Both the position numbers and the translations under genes were made by a program. The notes under the pieces were generated by a model. The model saw only the letters and a program-made list of their open reading frames with translations. It ran no database searches and was not told the DNA's origin. A stretch of 64,000 nt of DNA from Dehalococcoidales bacterium (GTDB taxonomy: Bacteria > Chloroflexota > Dehalococcoidia > Dehalococcoidales > CSSed11-197): assembly GCA_028717385.1 (NCBI GenBank), contig JAQUNW010000001.1:13062-77061 (forward strand), given 5' to 3'. Shown one piece after another: positions 28,108 through 37,731 of the stretch (position 1 is its first letter; the number at the start of each line of letters is the position of its first letter).

Positions 28108-28491
28108 ATGTTAAAACGATATGCACTTTATCTGGTCCGCTGGCAGCTCAGCACTCCCATCCTGGCGCCTATTATTGCCCTGGTAAAGGGTTCCTCTTCT
28201 ATCTTCGGTACAGCCGAAGAGTGGCTGGCAGCTTCAATTGCCAACCTTATCGGCGGGCTTATCTTCTTCTGGGTAGACAAGCTGATCTTTACCTCAAAAC
28301 TGGGCTCGATCTGGCACGTTAAAGAAAACATCATCTGTGTTGACTGCAATCATCCGGCTGCAAGAGGTTACCGGCTGGTAAAATCCATCAACTATGACCG
28401 CAGCAAGGCAGACTCAAAATACAGATGTGAGGCCTGCTCGATCGCCAAGGCCAACCGGCTCAGGCAGAGCGGGGTTGATCTGTACCGTTAG
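28108..28491 (+). CDS. Hypothetical membrane protein with C-terminal CxxC..CxxC zinc ribbon
   Basis: 127 aa with two TM helices, then CVDC...CEAC. Confidence 0.5.
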   Translation: MLKRYALYLVRWQLSTPILAPIIALVKGSSSIFGTAEEWLAASIANLIGGLIFFWVDKLIFTSKLGSIWHVKENIICVDCNHPAARGYRLVKSINYDRSKADSKYRCEACSIAKANRLRQSGVDLYR

Positions 28492-28523
28492 GTCTATCTG
28501 ACCATGTTGAACGACAACAGTGT

Positions 28524-28800
28524 TTAGCCGGCAGCAAGGGACATGACAATAGCCCCGTTTACGGCTACGTTGAGAGACTCTGCCCGGGTTCTGTCAATAG
28601 GGATGGAATACAGGCAATCAGCTATTTCCTTTACCTGCTGCGACAATCCAGCTGCTTAGTAACCCAGAACTAGCACCAGGCTTTTGGATTTAAGCATGCT
28701 GCTCTCATGCTGTTTTTTATAGGCAGAGGGTTGTGTTAATACATCGAAGCCGACTGCTTTACCATCTAGCACGTTTATCATCCCTCCCCCAAGAGAAATC
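28524..28800 (-). pseudogene. SpoU/TrmH-family RNA methyltransferase C-terminal remnant
   Basis: Own minus-strand translation gives ...LVLVLGY*AAGLSQQVKEIADCLYSIPIDRTRAESLNVAVNGAIVMSLAAG*. It matches the G-x-E-x-x-GLS...IPM..-SLNVA motif III region. There is an in-frame TAA and no N-terminal half. Confidence 0.5.
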
Positions 28801-28853
28801 AGCTTTTAAGAAATTGTTTATCACCCCAAATATAGCCCAGATTAGATTCTCGC

Positions 28854-29186
28854 TTGACAACCCTTACGAGAGACCCTACGATTACTTCGTTAGATAAGGT
28901 TTATCTTGTAATGCTTACTCAGGCGAAGGATGATATGGAAACTTCAGAGGGTAAAAGGTTTTACGGCTCGGTAACAGTAAGCAAACGAGGTCAACTTGTC
29001 ATACCTGTATACGCCCGGAAGGATTTCAATATCAGGGCTGGAGACAAGCTGCTTGTTTTCGGAGACCTGGAAAGAGGGCTTGATCTTGCCACTTTCGACA
29101 TTATGCAAAAGACGATGGAAGGCACCACGGGCTTATTTCGTGAAGTTGGGTCAACAAATAAACCAAAGAGAAAACCTAAAGGGTAA
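28854..29186 (+). CDS. AbrB/SpoVT-type DNA-binding protein
   Basis: VTVSKRGQLVIPVYARKDFNIRAGDKLLVFGD is a SpoVT-AbrB swapped-hairpin motif. The start codon is uncertain. Confidence 0.65.
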   Translation: MTTLTRDPTITSLDKVYLVMLTQAKDDMETSEGKRFYGSVTVSKRGQLVIPVYARKDFNIRAGDKLLVFGDLERGLDLATFDIMQKTMEGTTGLFREVGSTNKPKRKPKG

Positions 29187-29221
29187 ATATAGCCTGAAAA
29201 ATATTACCGTGAGGATATCAA

Positions 29222-30148
29222 ATGAGCACAGCGATAAGCCTGGAAAACGTTAGGAAGACCCTGGGGAACAGGGAAGTTTTAAAAGGAATAAGTTTCACCG
29301 TAGCAACAGGGGATATCTTTGGCTATCTCGGCCCCAACGGAGCTGGTAAGACTACAACCATTAGAATACTTCTGGGATTGCTTCAGGCTAATTCCGGCAG
29401 TTTGGCTATTATGGGTTCGGACATTAATCACAGTGAAACCAGGAGAAAAATCGGCTTCGCCCTCGATCCAGACGGTCTTTACGACAACATGACGGCTGAA
29501 GAAAATCTGGAGTTTTACGCACGAATTTATAAATTATTGGATGCCAGACAGAAAATAGTCGGACTCCTTAAAGCTGTAGGCCTAAGTGACAGGGCAACAG
29601 ATAGGGTTGGCGCCTATTCCAAGGGTATGAGGCAGAGGCTAGCTTTGGCTAGAGCCATGGTCCATAATCCCGAGGTACTCGTCTTAGATGAACCTACAGC
29701 GGGAGTGGATCCATCGGGACAGATAGAAGTGAGACAAATTATGCTCGACCTGGCCCATAAGGAAAACAAGACTGTATTCCTGAGCTCCCACAACCTGGAT
29801 GAGGTACAGAGAATTTGCAATCGTATTGCTTTGATTGACCGAGGGGAGATAAAGCTTTATGGTGAAACAGAAAGCCTACAGCGTGGGATGGGTGGTAATA
29901 CTGTTATAATCGAGACAGCCGGTGAGGCTCCTGAGACATTGCTGGATGAACTAAAGAACCTACCTCAACTGGGGCTGAAGGAAAAGAAAGGAAAAAGCCT
30001 CATTTTCTCACCGCAAGAGGGTACAGGGGTCTCGGACATCATAAGCTGGCTAAGTGAGCGTAAGGTAAAAATCGAAAAAGCCACCCGGCAGGAAGCCACA
30101 CTTGAAGAAATGTACACATCCATCTTAAAAGAGGTAGAGCCGGTATGA
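29222..30148 (+). CDS. ABC transporter ATP-binding protein (ABC-2 type)
   Basis: GPNGAGKTT, YSKGMRQRL and LVLDEPTAGVD motifs. Confidence 0.9.
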   Translation: MSTAISLENVRKTLGNREVLKGISFTVATGDIFGYLGPNGAGKTTTIRILLGLLQANSGSLAIMGSDINHSETRRKIGFALDPDGLYDNMTAEENLEFYARIYKLLDARQKIVGLLKAVGLSDRATDRVGAYSKGMRQRLALARAMVHNPEVLVLDEPTAGVDPSGQIEVRQIMLDLAHKENKTVFLSSHNLDEVQRICNRIALIDRGEIKLYGETESLQRGMGGNTVIIETAGEAPETLLDELKNLPQLGLKEKKGKSLIFSPQEGTGVSDIISWLSERKVKIEKATRQEATLEEMYTSILKEVEPV

Positions 30149-30885
30149 GAGACATAGCACTTATAACTACCACCAGTATTGGAAACAACCTTCGAATGAA
30201 GATCGTAATCGCTGTGGCAATAGCGGTGGTGTTAATATGCGTTGCCAGTCTAGTGGTAGCCTTTTGTATTTTGGCGATAGCTCCGGCAATGAAGGCAGAA
30301 ATACCCGATCGGCACATGTTGGAAACCTTTCTCTGTGTAGTCGTTTATGGCTCCTCGCTTATTGGTATCGGAGTAAATATGAACGTGTTTGCCTTCCAGA
30401 CCATGACAAAGGAAAAGACCAGAGGAAACATAGCATGCCTGTTGGCGACACCACTTAAAGTGAGCCATATTTGGATAGGTAAAAGTCTGGCAGTTTTCCT
30501 ACCTGGGTTAGTTTTAGGAGAAGTCCTTGGTTTAATTTCACTGCTAGCGGTCAATTATATTTACTTTGTTCCGAGTGTAGGTTTTCTGATCAATCCCTGG
30601 ATAGTGATCAGCAGCTTTATAGGGGTACCGCTTATCTATCTTAGCTTGAGCCTGCTAGTGCACATAATTGGTTTCAGTGGTAAGCCAGCTACTGGAAATG
30701 TTATTGTTCAGGTATTTTTACCCGTCTTTGCTTCGTTAATGATCAACCTGGCAGTACACCAGGTCCTGGATGCCTCATCATGGTCATTCACAGTGACGAA
30801 TCTTGGCCTGGCTGGGGTGATCGGCGTTATTGCTATTTTATTGAGGCCGCGTCTCACCAGAGAAAGGATTGTCCTCTCGCAATAG
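30145..30885 (+). CDS. ABC-2 type permease-like membrane protein
   Basis: 246 aa, multi-TM. TKEKTRGNIACLLATPL motif. A 4-nt overlap with the upstream ATPase gene. Confidence 0.7.
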   Translation: MRDIALITTTSIGNNLRMKIVIAVAIAVVLICVASLVVAFCILAIAPAMKAEIPDRHMLETFLCVVVYGSSLIGIGVNMNVFAFQTMTKEKTRGNIACLLATPLKVSHIWIGKSLAVFLPGLVLGEVLGLISLLAVNYIYFVPSVGFLINPWIVISSFIGVPLIYLSLSLLVHIIGFSGKPATGNVIVQVFLPVFASLMINLAVHQVLDASSWSFTVTNLGLAGVIGVIAILLRPRLTRERIVLSQ

Positions 30886-30898
30886 GAGCTTGACAACT

Positions 30899-31639
30899 AT
30901 GGGCGTTATTATCCAAAGAGACTTCCGGGAACTCAGACAAACCAATGCCTTTCGGATTATGATCATAGTAGCTACCGTGGTTACCATTGCCGCAGCAGCG
31001 GGCATTAGTTACGCTTTGAGCAGGCAAGCCTGGTTGGGAGAAGAGTCAGCTAGACCATTGTTGGAATTAATAATAAGTCTGGTTGCATACTTCTTACCTC
31101 TTCTTGTACTTATGGCTTTCACCTGGTCGTTTGCCAGCCTGCCTATAACTAAAGAAAAAATCAATGGCAATATTGAGTGCCTCTTAGCTACGCCGATCAA
31201 CCCCATAGCATTATGGATGGGGAAAAGTGTGGCAATTTTCCTGCCGGGGTTTGGTATCTCTGTTATATCCACATTCCTGGTATTGCTAGTAATCAATTTG
31301 ACAACGATTATTCCCTCTCTAGGTTATTTTGTACTGCCAGTCCCAGCGATGCTAACCGGCTTTATCATAAATCCCTTGCTGCTCTTTGGACTGCTTGCAT
31401 TCATGGTACTCGTATCTCTCGCCAATAACCCAGATATAGCAATAGCGCCGTCGTTTATAGTCGGATTTGGATTAATGATGGGACTCCCGATAGGGATTGC
31501 TACAGGAGCTATTAACTTAGCCTCATGGGCTTTTGCTTTATGGTATTTTATTGGAACGGCTGTCGTCTGGGTGGTTGTAGGTTATCTTTCCCGCCTCTTA
31601 TCTAAAGAGAATATCGTGTTATCAAGCAAAGGAAGTTAG
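30899..31639 (+). CDS. ABC-2 type permease-like membrane protein (tandem paralogue)
   Basis: TKEKINGNIECLLATPI motif parallel to the preceding gene. The start is taken at the Met at 30899. Confidence 0.7.
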   Translation: MGVIIQRDFRELRQTNAFRIMIIVATVVTIAAAAGISYALSRQAWLGEESARPLLELIISLVAYFLPLLVLMAFTWSFASLPITKEKINGNIECLLATPINPIALWMGKSVAIFLPGFGISVISTFLVLLVINLTTIIPSLGYFVLPVPAMLTGFIINPLLLFGLLAFMVLVSLANNPDIAIAPSFIVGFGLMMGLPIGIATGAINLASWAFALWYFIGTAVVWVVVGYLSRLLSKENIVLSSKGS

Positions 31640-31775
31640 CATCGAAGTCGTAATAATCAAGGTGAGAGACTAACAAATACCCTGCTCATTGGATACAATG
31701 TGAATAAGCTAACTTCATACAGTACTTAATAGTATTAAATATAGGAAATTTTCTGGTAATGAGTAGTAAACGGAG

Positions 31776-32219
31776 ATGGAAGAGAGACTTATTGCCCCTT
31801 GTGGGATGAATTGCGGGTTATGCGTCAGCTACCTGGCGATGAAAACCGACCTTAATAAAAAGGGGTTCGCCAGAAAATACTGTCCTGGCTGCCGGCCGCG
31901 TGGTAAAAACTGTACCTTCATGGCACGACAATGTGATCTGGTGGGAAAAGGGCTTGTACGTTTTTGTTATGAATGTGAGAAATTTCCTTGTACCAGGTTA
32001 AAAGATCTTGATAAACGTTATCGCACCAAATATCACATGAGCATGATAGAAAACCTCAACTTCATAAAACAGCACGGCATTACAAAATTTTTAGAAGAGG
32101 AAGCAGTAAAATGGCGCTGCCCTGGATGCGGCGGGATGATATGCTGCCATAACGGACTGTGTTTAAATTGCAGTCTCGATAAGCTACGTCTAAATAAAAA
32201 GTACCGGCGGGGAGGATAA
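31776..32219 (+). CDS. Cys-rich DUF3795-like protein
   Basis: 147 aa. The CGMNCGLC...CPGCR...CYECEKFPC...CPGCGG pattern matches what I remember of DUF3795. Confidence 0.65.
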   Translation: MEERLIAPCGMNCGLCVSYLAMKTDLNKKGFARKYCPGCRPRGKNCTFMARQCDLVGKGLVRFCYECEKFPCTRLKDLDKRYRTKYHMSMIENLNFIKQHGITKFLEEEAVKWRCPGCGGMICCHNGLCLNCSLDKLRLNKKYRRGG

Positions 32220-32881
32220 TGGTTGAAAGATATCGGTTCACCCGAGAGTCTATGCACGTTGGAAAAGCTGCCGAGTACATATTTTCATTCCAGACCACTG
32301 AAGGTGATATCCGCGGGTTTATAGGTAACCAGTATGCCACCTATTACACCGGCTATATCCTGGCTCTATTGATTCAGGCAGGATATGTTGATGATCCGCG
32401 TGTGGAAAAGGGGATGCAGTGGCTGCTTAAAATGCGTCAGGATGATGGCGGATGGACAATTCCCATACTAACCCATCATTTCGATGGTAGGACTATGTAC
32501 CGTTTGACATCATCTTATGAAGAACCAGTGGAACCGGTCAGGTCACAACCTCTTTCACACAACTGGACAGATATGGTGTTAAAAGCGTTTGCTGTTCATC
32601 CTGTGTATCGCCAATTAGAAGAAGCCGGAACTGCCGCCAATCTCCTGAAATCAAGATTCTTTCAACCTGATGTTTATTCTTCATACAAGGCAGCCAGCTA
32701 TTGGACAAGGTTTGTATTTTGGTGGCCTAATCTTTTAACAGCCATGGAGGCTCTATCATTATTGGGATTTGCCGCGGAAAATCCGGACATCAACAAAGGA
32801 ATCCAGTGGTTCTTCGACAAAAGAAAAGAAGACGGCTTTTTGGACTGTTCATACAACAGCAGGGAAATAAAGCAGAGTTAA
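32219..32881 (+). CDS. Prenyltransferase/squalene-oxidase-repeat-like (alpha-alpha toroid) protein, possibly partial
   Basis: 220 aa. QDDGGWTIP and RKEDGF repeat motifs. Its start overlaps the upstream stop (TAATG). Confidence 0.45.
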   Translation: MVERYRFTRESMHVGKAAEYIFSFQTTEGDIRGFIGNQYATYYTGYILALLIQAGYVDDPRVEKGMQWLLKMRQDDGGWTIPILTHHFDGRTMYRLTSSYEEPVEPVRSQPLSHNWTDMVLKAFAVHPVYRQLEEAGTAANLLKSRFFQPDVYSSYKAASYWTRFVFWWPNLLTAMEALSLLGFAAENPDINKGIQWFFDKRKEDGFLDCSYNSREIKQS

Positions 32882-32960
32882 AGCTATTATCTCGAGCTTA
32901 TCTGGCTCGGCTTCAGAATCTGCCGGATGTTGCAATGGTATCACAGATAGGAGGACTAGT

Positions 32961-33458
32961 ATGGCATCATTAAAGGAATATATAGAAGAATATCAAAAAC
33001 AACTGGAGAAGGGCGTTGTTCAAAAGGCTTATCAAGGCTTGATGGGCTACGTTATGGATTTGAGGATGCATTTTAGCAAGAAATACCCTGATTTTGCACC
33101 CGGGAATATTTACCAGGGCTATATGGATATGACATACTTTCCGATTTTCCCAATAGAATTGACAAGCAGAAAATTGAAAATAGCGATAGTACTTATTCAT
33201 GAAAAAATCAGATTTGAAATCTGGTTAGCCGCACAGAATAAACAGATTCAATCAGAATACCGGAAATTGTTTAAGGAAGATGACTGGACGAAATACCGAA
33301 TACCCGCAGGTGGAAAAGGCGTTGATTCGATTGTGGAATACACCTTAGCCGATAACCCTGACTTCGGCGATTTGAATGCCTTAACAAAGCAAATTGAGAA
33401 AGATACATTGGCTTTTATCGACGAGATCGAGGACTTCTTATATAAACATCATAGCTAG
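32961..33458 (+). CDS. Hypothetical protein
   Basis: 165 aa with coding-like composition. An AGGAGG-like RBS (ATAGGAGGA) lies upstream. No family recognised. Confidence 0.5.
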   Translation: MASLKEYIEEYQKQLEKGVVQKAYQGLMGYVMDLRMHFSKKYPDFAPGNIYQGYMDMTYFPIFPIELTSRKLKIAIVLIHEKIRFEIWLAAQNKQIQSEYRKLFKEDDWTKYRIPAGGKGVDSIVEYTLADNPDFGDLNALTKQIEKDTLAFIDEIEDFLYKHHS

Positions 33459-33486
33459 AGCTGGATAAGTACAACAGGTTCCGGGG

Positions 33487-33882
33487 TCAAGGCTCAATTT
33501 GCATTGCCGCTTTTCTTTCTTGCCACCTTATAACGGCTTTACTTATCTCCAAGACCGGGAAGATAGTCCCGGCGAGGAGCGTAACTATCACCCATTCAAG
33601 GACAGCTAGGGGATACGTATTGAATAGATCATTAAAGAGTGGCACCTCAATAATGATCCACATCAGCACAATTTGTGAAAGTACGGCGAGATTCAGCCAT
33701 GTATTTTTGAACATACCAATCTCAAATATAGACTTCTTGTCAGAACGGAAGTTGTAGGCTTTGAAAAATTGGATCATGACTAGTGTAAGGAAGGTGAGGC
33801 ATTGCGCCTCTACCATGCCTTTGCTGGCCAGCCCCCAAATCTTTATAAATGGTAACATTACATAATAATCTATTGCTTGCAT
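33487..33882 (-). pseudogene. P-type ATPase C-terminal fragment (Cation_ATPase_C region only)
   Basis: QCLTFLTLVMIQFFKAYNFRS...WLNLAVLSQIVLMWIIIEVPLFNDLFNTYPL matches the last 3-4 TM helices of P-type ATPases. No upstream ATPase body is present. Confidence 0.7.
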
Positions 33883-34010
33883 TGATTTAATGGTCTAGAA
33901 TTAAGCTGATAAATTTTTAAATATTATTTAGCTCAACAGTACTAAACACAGGTAAATAGTGGTTTATTAACTCACAAATATTTATTGTTATAATCAACTA
34001 GTCAGGAAAT

Positions 34011-36356
34011 ATGAAGAATAAATTTTTACTTGCGCTTTTCATCACGAGCTTTGTTTTACTTGGTAGTATTACTAAGCCTGTATTTGCGCTTAATTACGAT
34101 CAACTTACTGTAGTAGATGATGCTGGGATTTTTGGAGATCGGATTGGAAGCGTTGAACAGGCGGTTGATGAGCTATTAGCTCTTGGGGCAGATGTTCGGG
34201 TCCGGACAATAACAAGTTACGGAGATGCCGGAAACCTGGATCGTTATGAACAGCAAATTGAACAGAACAGTCCTTCATGGACTGATACCGACGGTGTACG
34301 TAAAAACAACCTGATAGTGGTTTTGATTGCCCTTGAAGAACGAGAAACGGGTATATATTTTGGCTCATTTTGGGATGATGTACTTGGTGACAAGTGGTTG
34401 TCTATACAGAGTGAAATTATGAATGCCTATTTTCGCGAGGGGGAATATGCAACCGGTACTGTTAAGGGGTTGGAGGAGATCCATCGTTTGATCGAGCAGG
34501 ACGGCCAGGTTGAACCACCCTCTCAACAATCTAGTGTGTTCTGGTGGATTTTGTTGGCTCTTGGGGTCATTATGGCTGTTGGCGCCTTGTTGTTTCTATG
34601 GCAGAGGAATCGGAGCCAGGTTAAATCTTCCAGACAAAAAGCCCTGCTTGCCAAACAGGGGGCTGCAGCTGGAATAAATGAGTTGAACGACAACTTGAAG
34701 ATGCTTGAAATTAAAGTAAATGTAATTGGAGTAAGAGCATCCTCTGACCAGGTAGATAATCTAAGCCGTGAATTGGGTAGAGCAAAACTACTGGCAGCGC
34801 AAAGTTCTGAGCGTTACAGTCAGTTAGCCCATAGTGCCGGAAATCCGGAAAATCCCAAAATGGGAGAAGTTGAGCTCAAGAATATCGAAGCTGAATATAG
34901 AAAACTTTTAGATAAAGTGGATGAAGCCCGGCAGATTGCAAATAACACAGATGGGCAGGCTGAATCCGTCTTACGTATTATAGATGCTTTTCCAGAAAAG
35001 GCAGCACGTACCAGCAGGGCGATAGAAGACGCTCTGACTAAAATTGAACAGCGAAAAAAAGATGGATATAAGACAAAATACCCAGCTGAGCTTCTGTCCG
35101 GCGGGAGCCTGATACTCGACCAGGCCAGAAACGAGGCATCTGGCAAGCGGTTTGAACAAGCACTTAAGCTGGTTGATCAGGCTGATGAGCAGATACGAAA
35201 ATCAATACAGGCTACCGAAAACTTGCCGCAGAAAAAGGAGCAGGCAACGATAGCTATTGGCTCACTGCAACAGCGTATAGAAAAAATTAAGGAATTTATA
35301 ATTCAGGGCAGAGATAAATTTGAGAGTCTTGCCGAGCAATACAATGAAGACTCATGGCAGTCTGTCCAAGGCAACGGCACTGAAGCTGAGAATAGGGTGA
35401 TCTGGGCGTTGCAAGCGCTTGAGCAAGCGCGCCAGGCTTGCGATGAGCAACAACAAGAATGGCATTTGGCATTGGAGCTTATCAGTAATGCTAATGTTTG
35501 GCTGGATGATTCCCAGGCTCTAATTTCTTCTCTTTTTAAATTAGAGGAGAACCTGAAAATCGAACAAAGCGCCGCCCCGCGGGAGATTGCAGCAGCTAAA
35601 GCCGATATCGATTTGGCATGGGATTATATAAACAAGTATGACGAAGATATTCGTGAGAGCCTGGAGGAAGAGCTCAAGGTAGCAGAAGAAAAAAACAACC
35701 TTGCCGGGGAAGAGCTGGGAAGTGAAAAACCGGATTATTTTAAAGTCAATAAACTGGCTCGTGAGGCAAACGAATCTGCCGATAGAATACTAGCTCAGGC
35801 ACGTAACGAGCACGAGGCTGCCGTGCGTCTACGGGCAAAAGCAGAAAGTACCAAACGAGACGCGAGTGCCAAAGTATCGATAGTCAGGGAATACATAAAC
35901 GACCACCGCGCTGTGGTAAAAAGTAGCGCCATAGGTTATTTGAACAGTGCAGAAGTAACACTAAAACAAGTGGAGAGTGCCGGCAACGCTCAGGATCAGC
36001 TTTCGCTGGCAAAAAAAGCAGAAGCAGATGCAGATAAGGCTTACAAAATAGCTAAAGAAGATGTGAACGGAAGCTTCCAAGGGCCATGGCCAATTTCCGG
36101 CAACACAACAACCGGCACCTCGATTGATATTGCTCCAATACTATGGACAGCGCTGGGCAGTATACTAAGCAATAGCGGAAACTGGGGATCTCAGCGTCCT
36201 GCAAATCCCCGTCCTTTTGGTACCAGCACTGGAGGCAGTCGGCCTTCCGGCCGGTTTTCAACTCCAAGAGGCGGCTCAACAAGCTGGGGTTCAAGAAGTA
36301 GCTCCTCCAGTAGCTTTGGCGGAGGCCGCAGTAGAGGGGGTTCTTCGCGCTGGTAG
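34011..36356 (+). CDS. TPM-domain (YgcG-like) membrane protein with about 480-aa coiled-coil insertion and Gly/Ser/Arg-rich tail
   Basis: 781 aa. Signal peptide, then a TPM-like domain (VVDDAGIF...VRVRTI...LIVVLIALEERETGIYFG) and a TM helix (VFWWILLALGVIMAVGALLFLW). A long heptad-rich region follows, ending in GGSRPSGRF...SFGGGRSRGGSSRW. Confidence 0.75.
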   Translation: MKNKFLLALFITSFVLLGSITKPVFALNYDQLTVVDDAGIFGDRIGSVEQAVDELLALGADVRVRTITSYGDAGNLDRYEQQIEQNSPSWTDTDGVRKNNLIVVLIALEERETGIYFGSFWDDVLGDKWLSIQSEIMNAYFREGEYATGTVKGLEEIHRLIEQDGQVEPPSQQSSVFWWILLALGVIMAVGALLFLWQRNRSQVKSSRQKALLAKQGAAAGINELNDNLKMLEIKVNVIGVRASSDQVDNLSRELGRAKLLAAQSSERYSQLAHSAGNPENPKMGEVELKNIEAEYRKLLDKVDEARQIANNTDGQAESVLRIIDAFPEKAARTSRAIEDALTKIEQRKKDGYKTKYPAELLSGGSLILDQARNEASGKRFEQALKLVDQADEQIRKSIQATENLPQKKEQATIAIGSLQQRIEKIKEFIIQGRDKFESLAEQYNEDSWQSVQGNGTEAENRVIWALQALEQARQACDEQQQEWHLALELISNANVWLDDSQALISSLFKLEENLKIEQSAAPREIAAAKADIDLAWDYINKYDEDIRESLEEELKVAEEKNNLAGEELGSEKPDYFKVNKLAREANESADRILAQARNEHEAAVRLRAKAESTKRDASAKVSIVREYINDHRAVVKSSAIGYLNSAEVTLKQVESAGNAQDQLSLAKKAEADADKAYKIAKEDVNGSFQGPWPISGNTTTGTSIDIAPILWTALGSILSNSGNWGSQRPANPRPFGTSTGGSRPSGRFSTPRGGSTSWGSRSSSSSSFGGGRSRGGSSRW

Positions 36357-36438
36357 GTTACACGCCCGAGATTGATTGAAACGACCACAAATGTGGAATA
36401 GAATAAAAAGACAAATAATCATAATCTAGGAGGCTGAC

Positions 36439-37146
36439 ATGGCAAGTTTGTTCGAAAAGGCACGTATCGCAGCCCTCAGCGCTGCCCATTCTTTGCTGGA
36501 TAAGGTGGTTGACTTAAATTCGATCGGAGCTGTCAAACAATATGTGAGAGACTTGGAAAACGCCCTGGAAGATCTGGAAGATGCCACTGCAATCGCTTCC
36601 GGACATGTTCGCACATTGCAGAGAGAAGATGAGCAGATAAACTATCAGATCAAGGAACTCAACCAGAATATCGACTTTATTCTGAGCGACAATAAGCCGG
36701 ACAATGACTATCTTGCGACACCTCTGGAAGCCAGGCTAATTGGTTTAGAGCAGCGAGCGACTACTAAAGTCCAGGAGATTGATGCTGGGCAAAAAACAGC
36801 CAGGGCTCTTTCGGAGGCGGCTTCAACTCTCAGGACCAGGTACCAGAATATGTTACAACAGGTTCAGCGATTAGAAGCAATGGATATGGCTACCAAGGCT
36901 AAAGAGAATGCCGCCAAAGCCATTAAGGAAGCGGGCAAGATTGCTTCGACTGGCGGCAACGTGTCTATTGATGCTGTTGCAGATCGTATTCAACGCCGGG
37001 CTGACGTTGCTGATGTCAGGTTCGAGAGAGCTTTGGGCGAAATGAACGATGAAGTCAAGAAAGATGTAGTTATTGCTCAAGCTCAAGCCAGGTTGGAACA
37101 GCGTAAAGCTCGACTTGGAAGTGGCGGTGAGCAAAAAGCTCTTTAA
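36439..37146 (+). CDS. pspA: PspA/IM30 (Vipp1, ESCRT-III-like) family protein
   Basis: 235 aa. The opening MASLFEKARIAALSAAHSLLDKVVD...AVKQYVRDLENALEDLEDA and the all-helical coiled coil are typical of PspA/IM30. An AGGAGG RBS lies upstream. Confidence 0.8.
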   Translation: MASLFEKARIAALSAAHSLLDKVVDLNSIGAVKQYVRDLENALEDLEDATAIASGHVRTLQREDEQINYQIKELNQNIDFILSDNKPDNDYLATPLEARLIGLEQRATTKVQEIDAGQKTARALSEAASTLRTRYQNMLQQVQRLEAMDMATKAKENAAKAIKEAGKIASTGGNVSIDAVADRIQRRADVADVRFERALGEMNDEVKKDVVIAQAQARLEQRKARLGSGGEQKAL

Positions 37147-37357
37147 ATAGCAACCGGTAAAGACCGCCGCCAGAGAAATACTTTAAAATGGGCAATCCAT
37201 ATTTGAATACTGGCGGCGTTAGACCTGCCTTAACGATTTGGTATTTTGTTGGCCAATCGTCAACAGATATTGCTACATTCTCCAGCTGGGAATGTAATTC
37301 ATCAGGTAATTCATCAAGAGCTTCTTTTACCAGCCGCTCGAATTCCAACCGTTCCAA
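37147..37357 (-). pseudogene. Possible zinicin-like (DUF1025) metallopeptidase remnant
   Basis: N-terminus MERLEFERLVKEALDELPDELHSQLENVAISVDDWP resembles this family, but the frame then degenerates. No HExxH is seen, and the ORF (37070-37357) runs into the pspA 3' end. Confidence 0.3.
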
Positions 37358-37731
37358 TTTATTGGCTCCCTTACAGTACTTAGTGTATGCAATAAATTAT
37401 ATGCCAAGCATTTCTATTTTTATACCTCTTAGCGTAGACAAAAGATACAAAAAGCCTTCAGATATTTATCCACAAACGGTAAAATATATTCTTACTCGCA
37501 TGAGAGTTTTGCTAGAATTCAAAAGGGTCATTTCTAAAAGGACAACGACAAATTGGGGAAGCTGAAGATGAAAAATCTGTTGATTGCATGGCACAAATCC
37601 TAATGGATGAGCCCGATTACTTAGAGCAGATAAAAGAAGAACCTTAAAAAACTAATAAAGTTATTGAAGAAGTAAAAAAGAAGGCTGAAGAGCAAGCTCG
37701 TGCTGGTATTCCAGATACCGGAGTCTACAGC

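Noticed and set aside
28065-28322. 85-aa ORF overlapping 28108-28491 in another frame
   Set aside because: The 127-aa frame has TM helices and a zinc ribbon. The 85-aa frame is Arg/Pro/Gly-rich shadow.
22446-28850. Search for a third copy of the tRNA-derived 43-bp repeat that would close the second island
   Set aside because: By eye I found only short chance-level matches (for example TTTTAAT near 28040 and CAGGTTTGAATGTC near 27015). The right boundary is left undetermined.
37188-37565. 125-aa plus-strand ORF after pspA
   Set aside because: Its translation is Ser/Asn-rich and low-complexity, and it lies antisense to the metallopeptidase-like relic. No motif seen.
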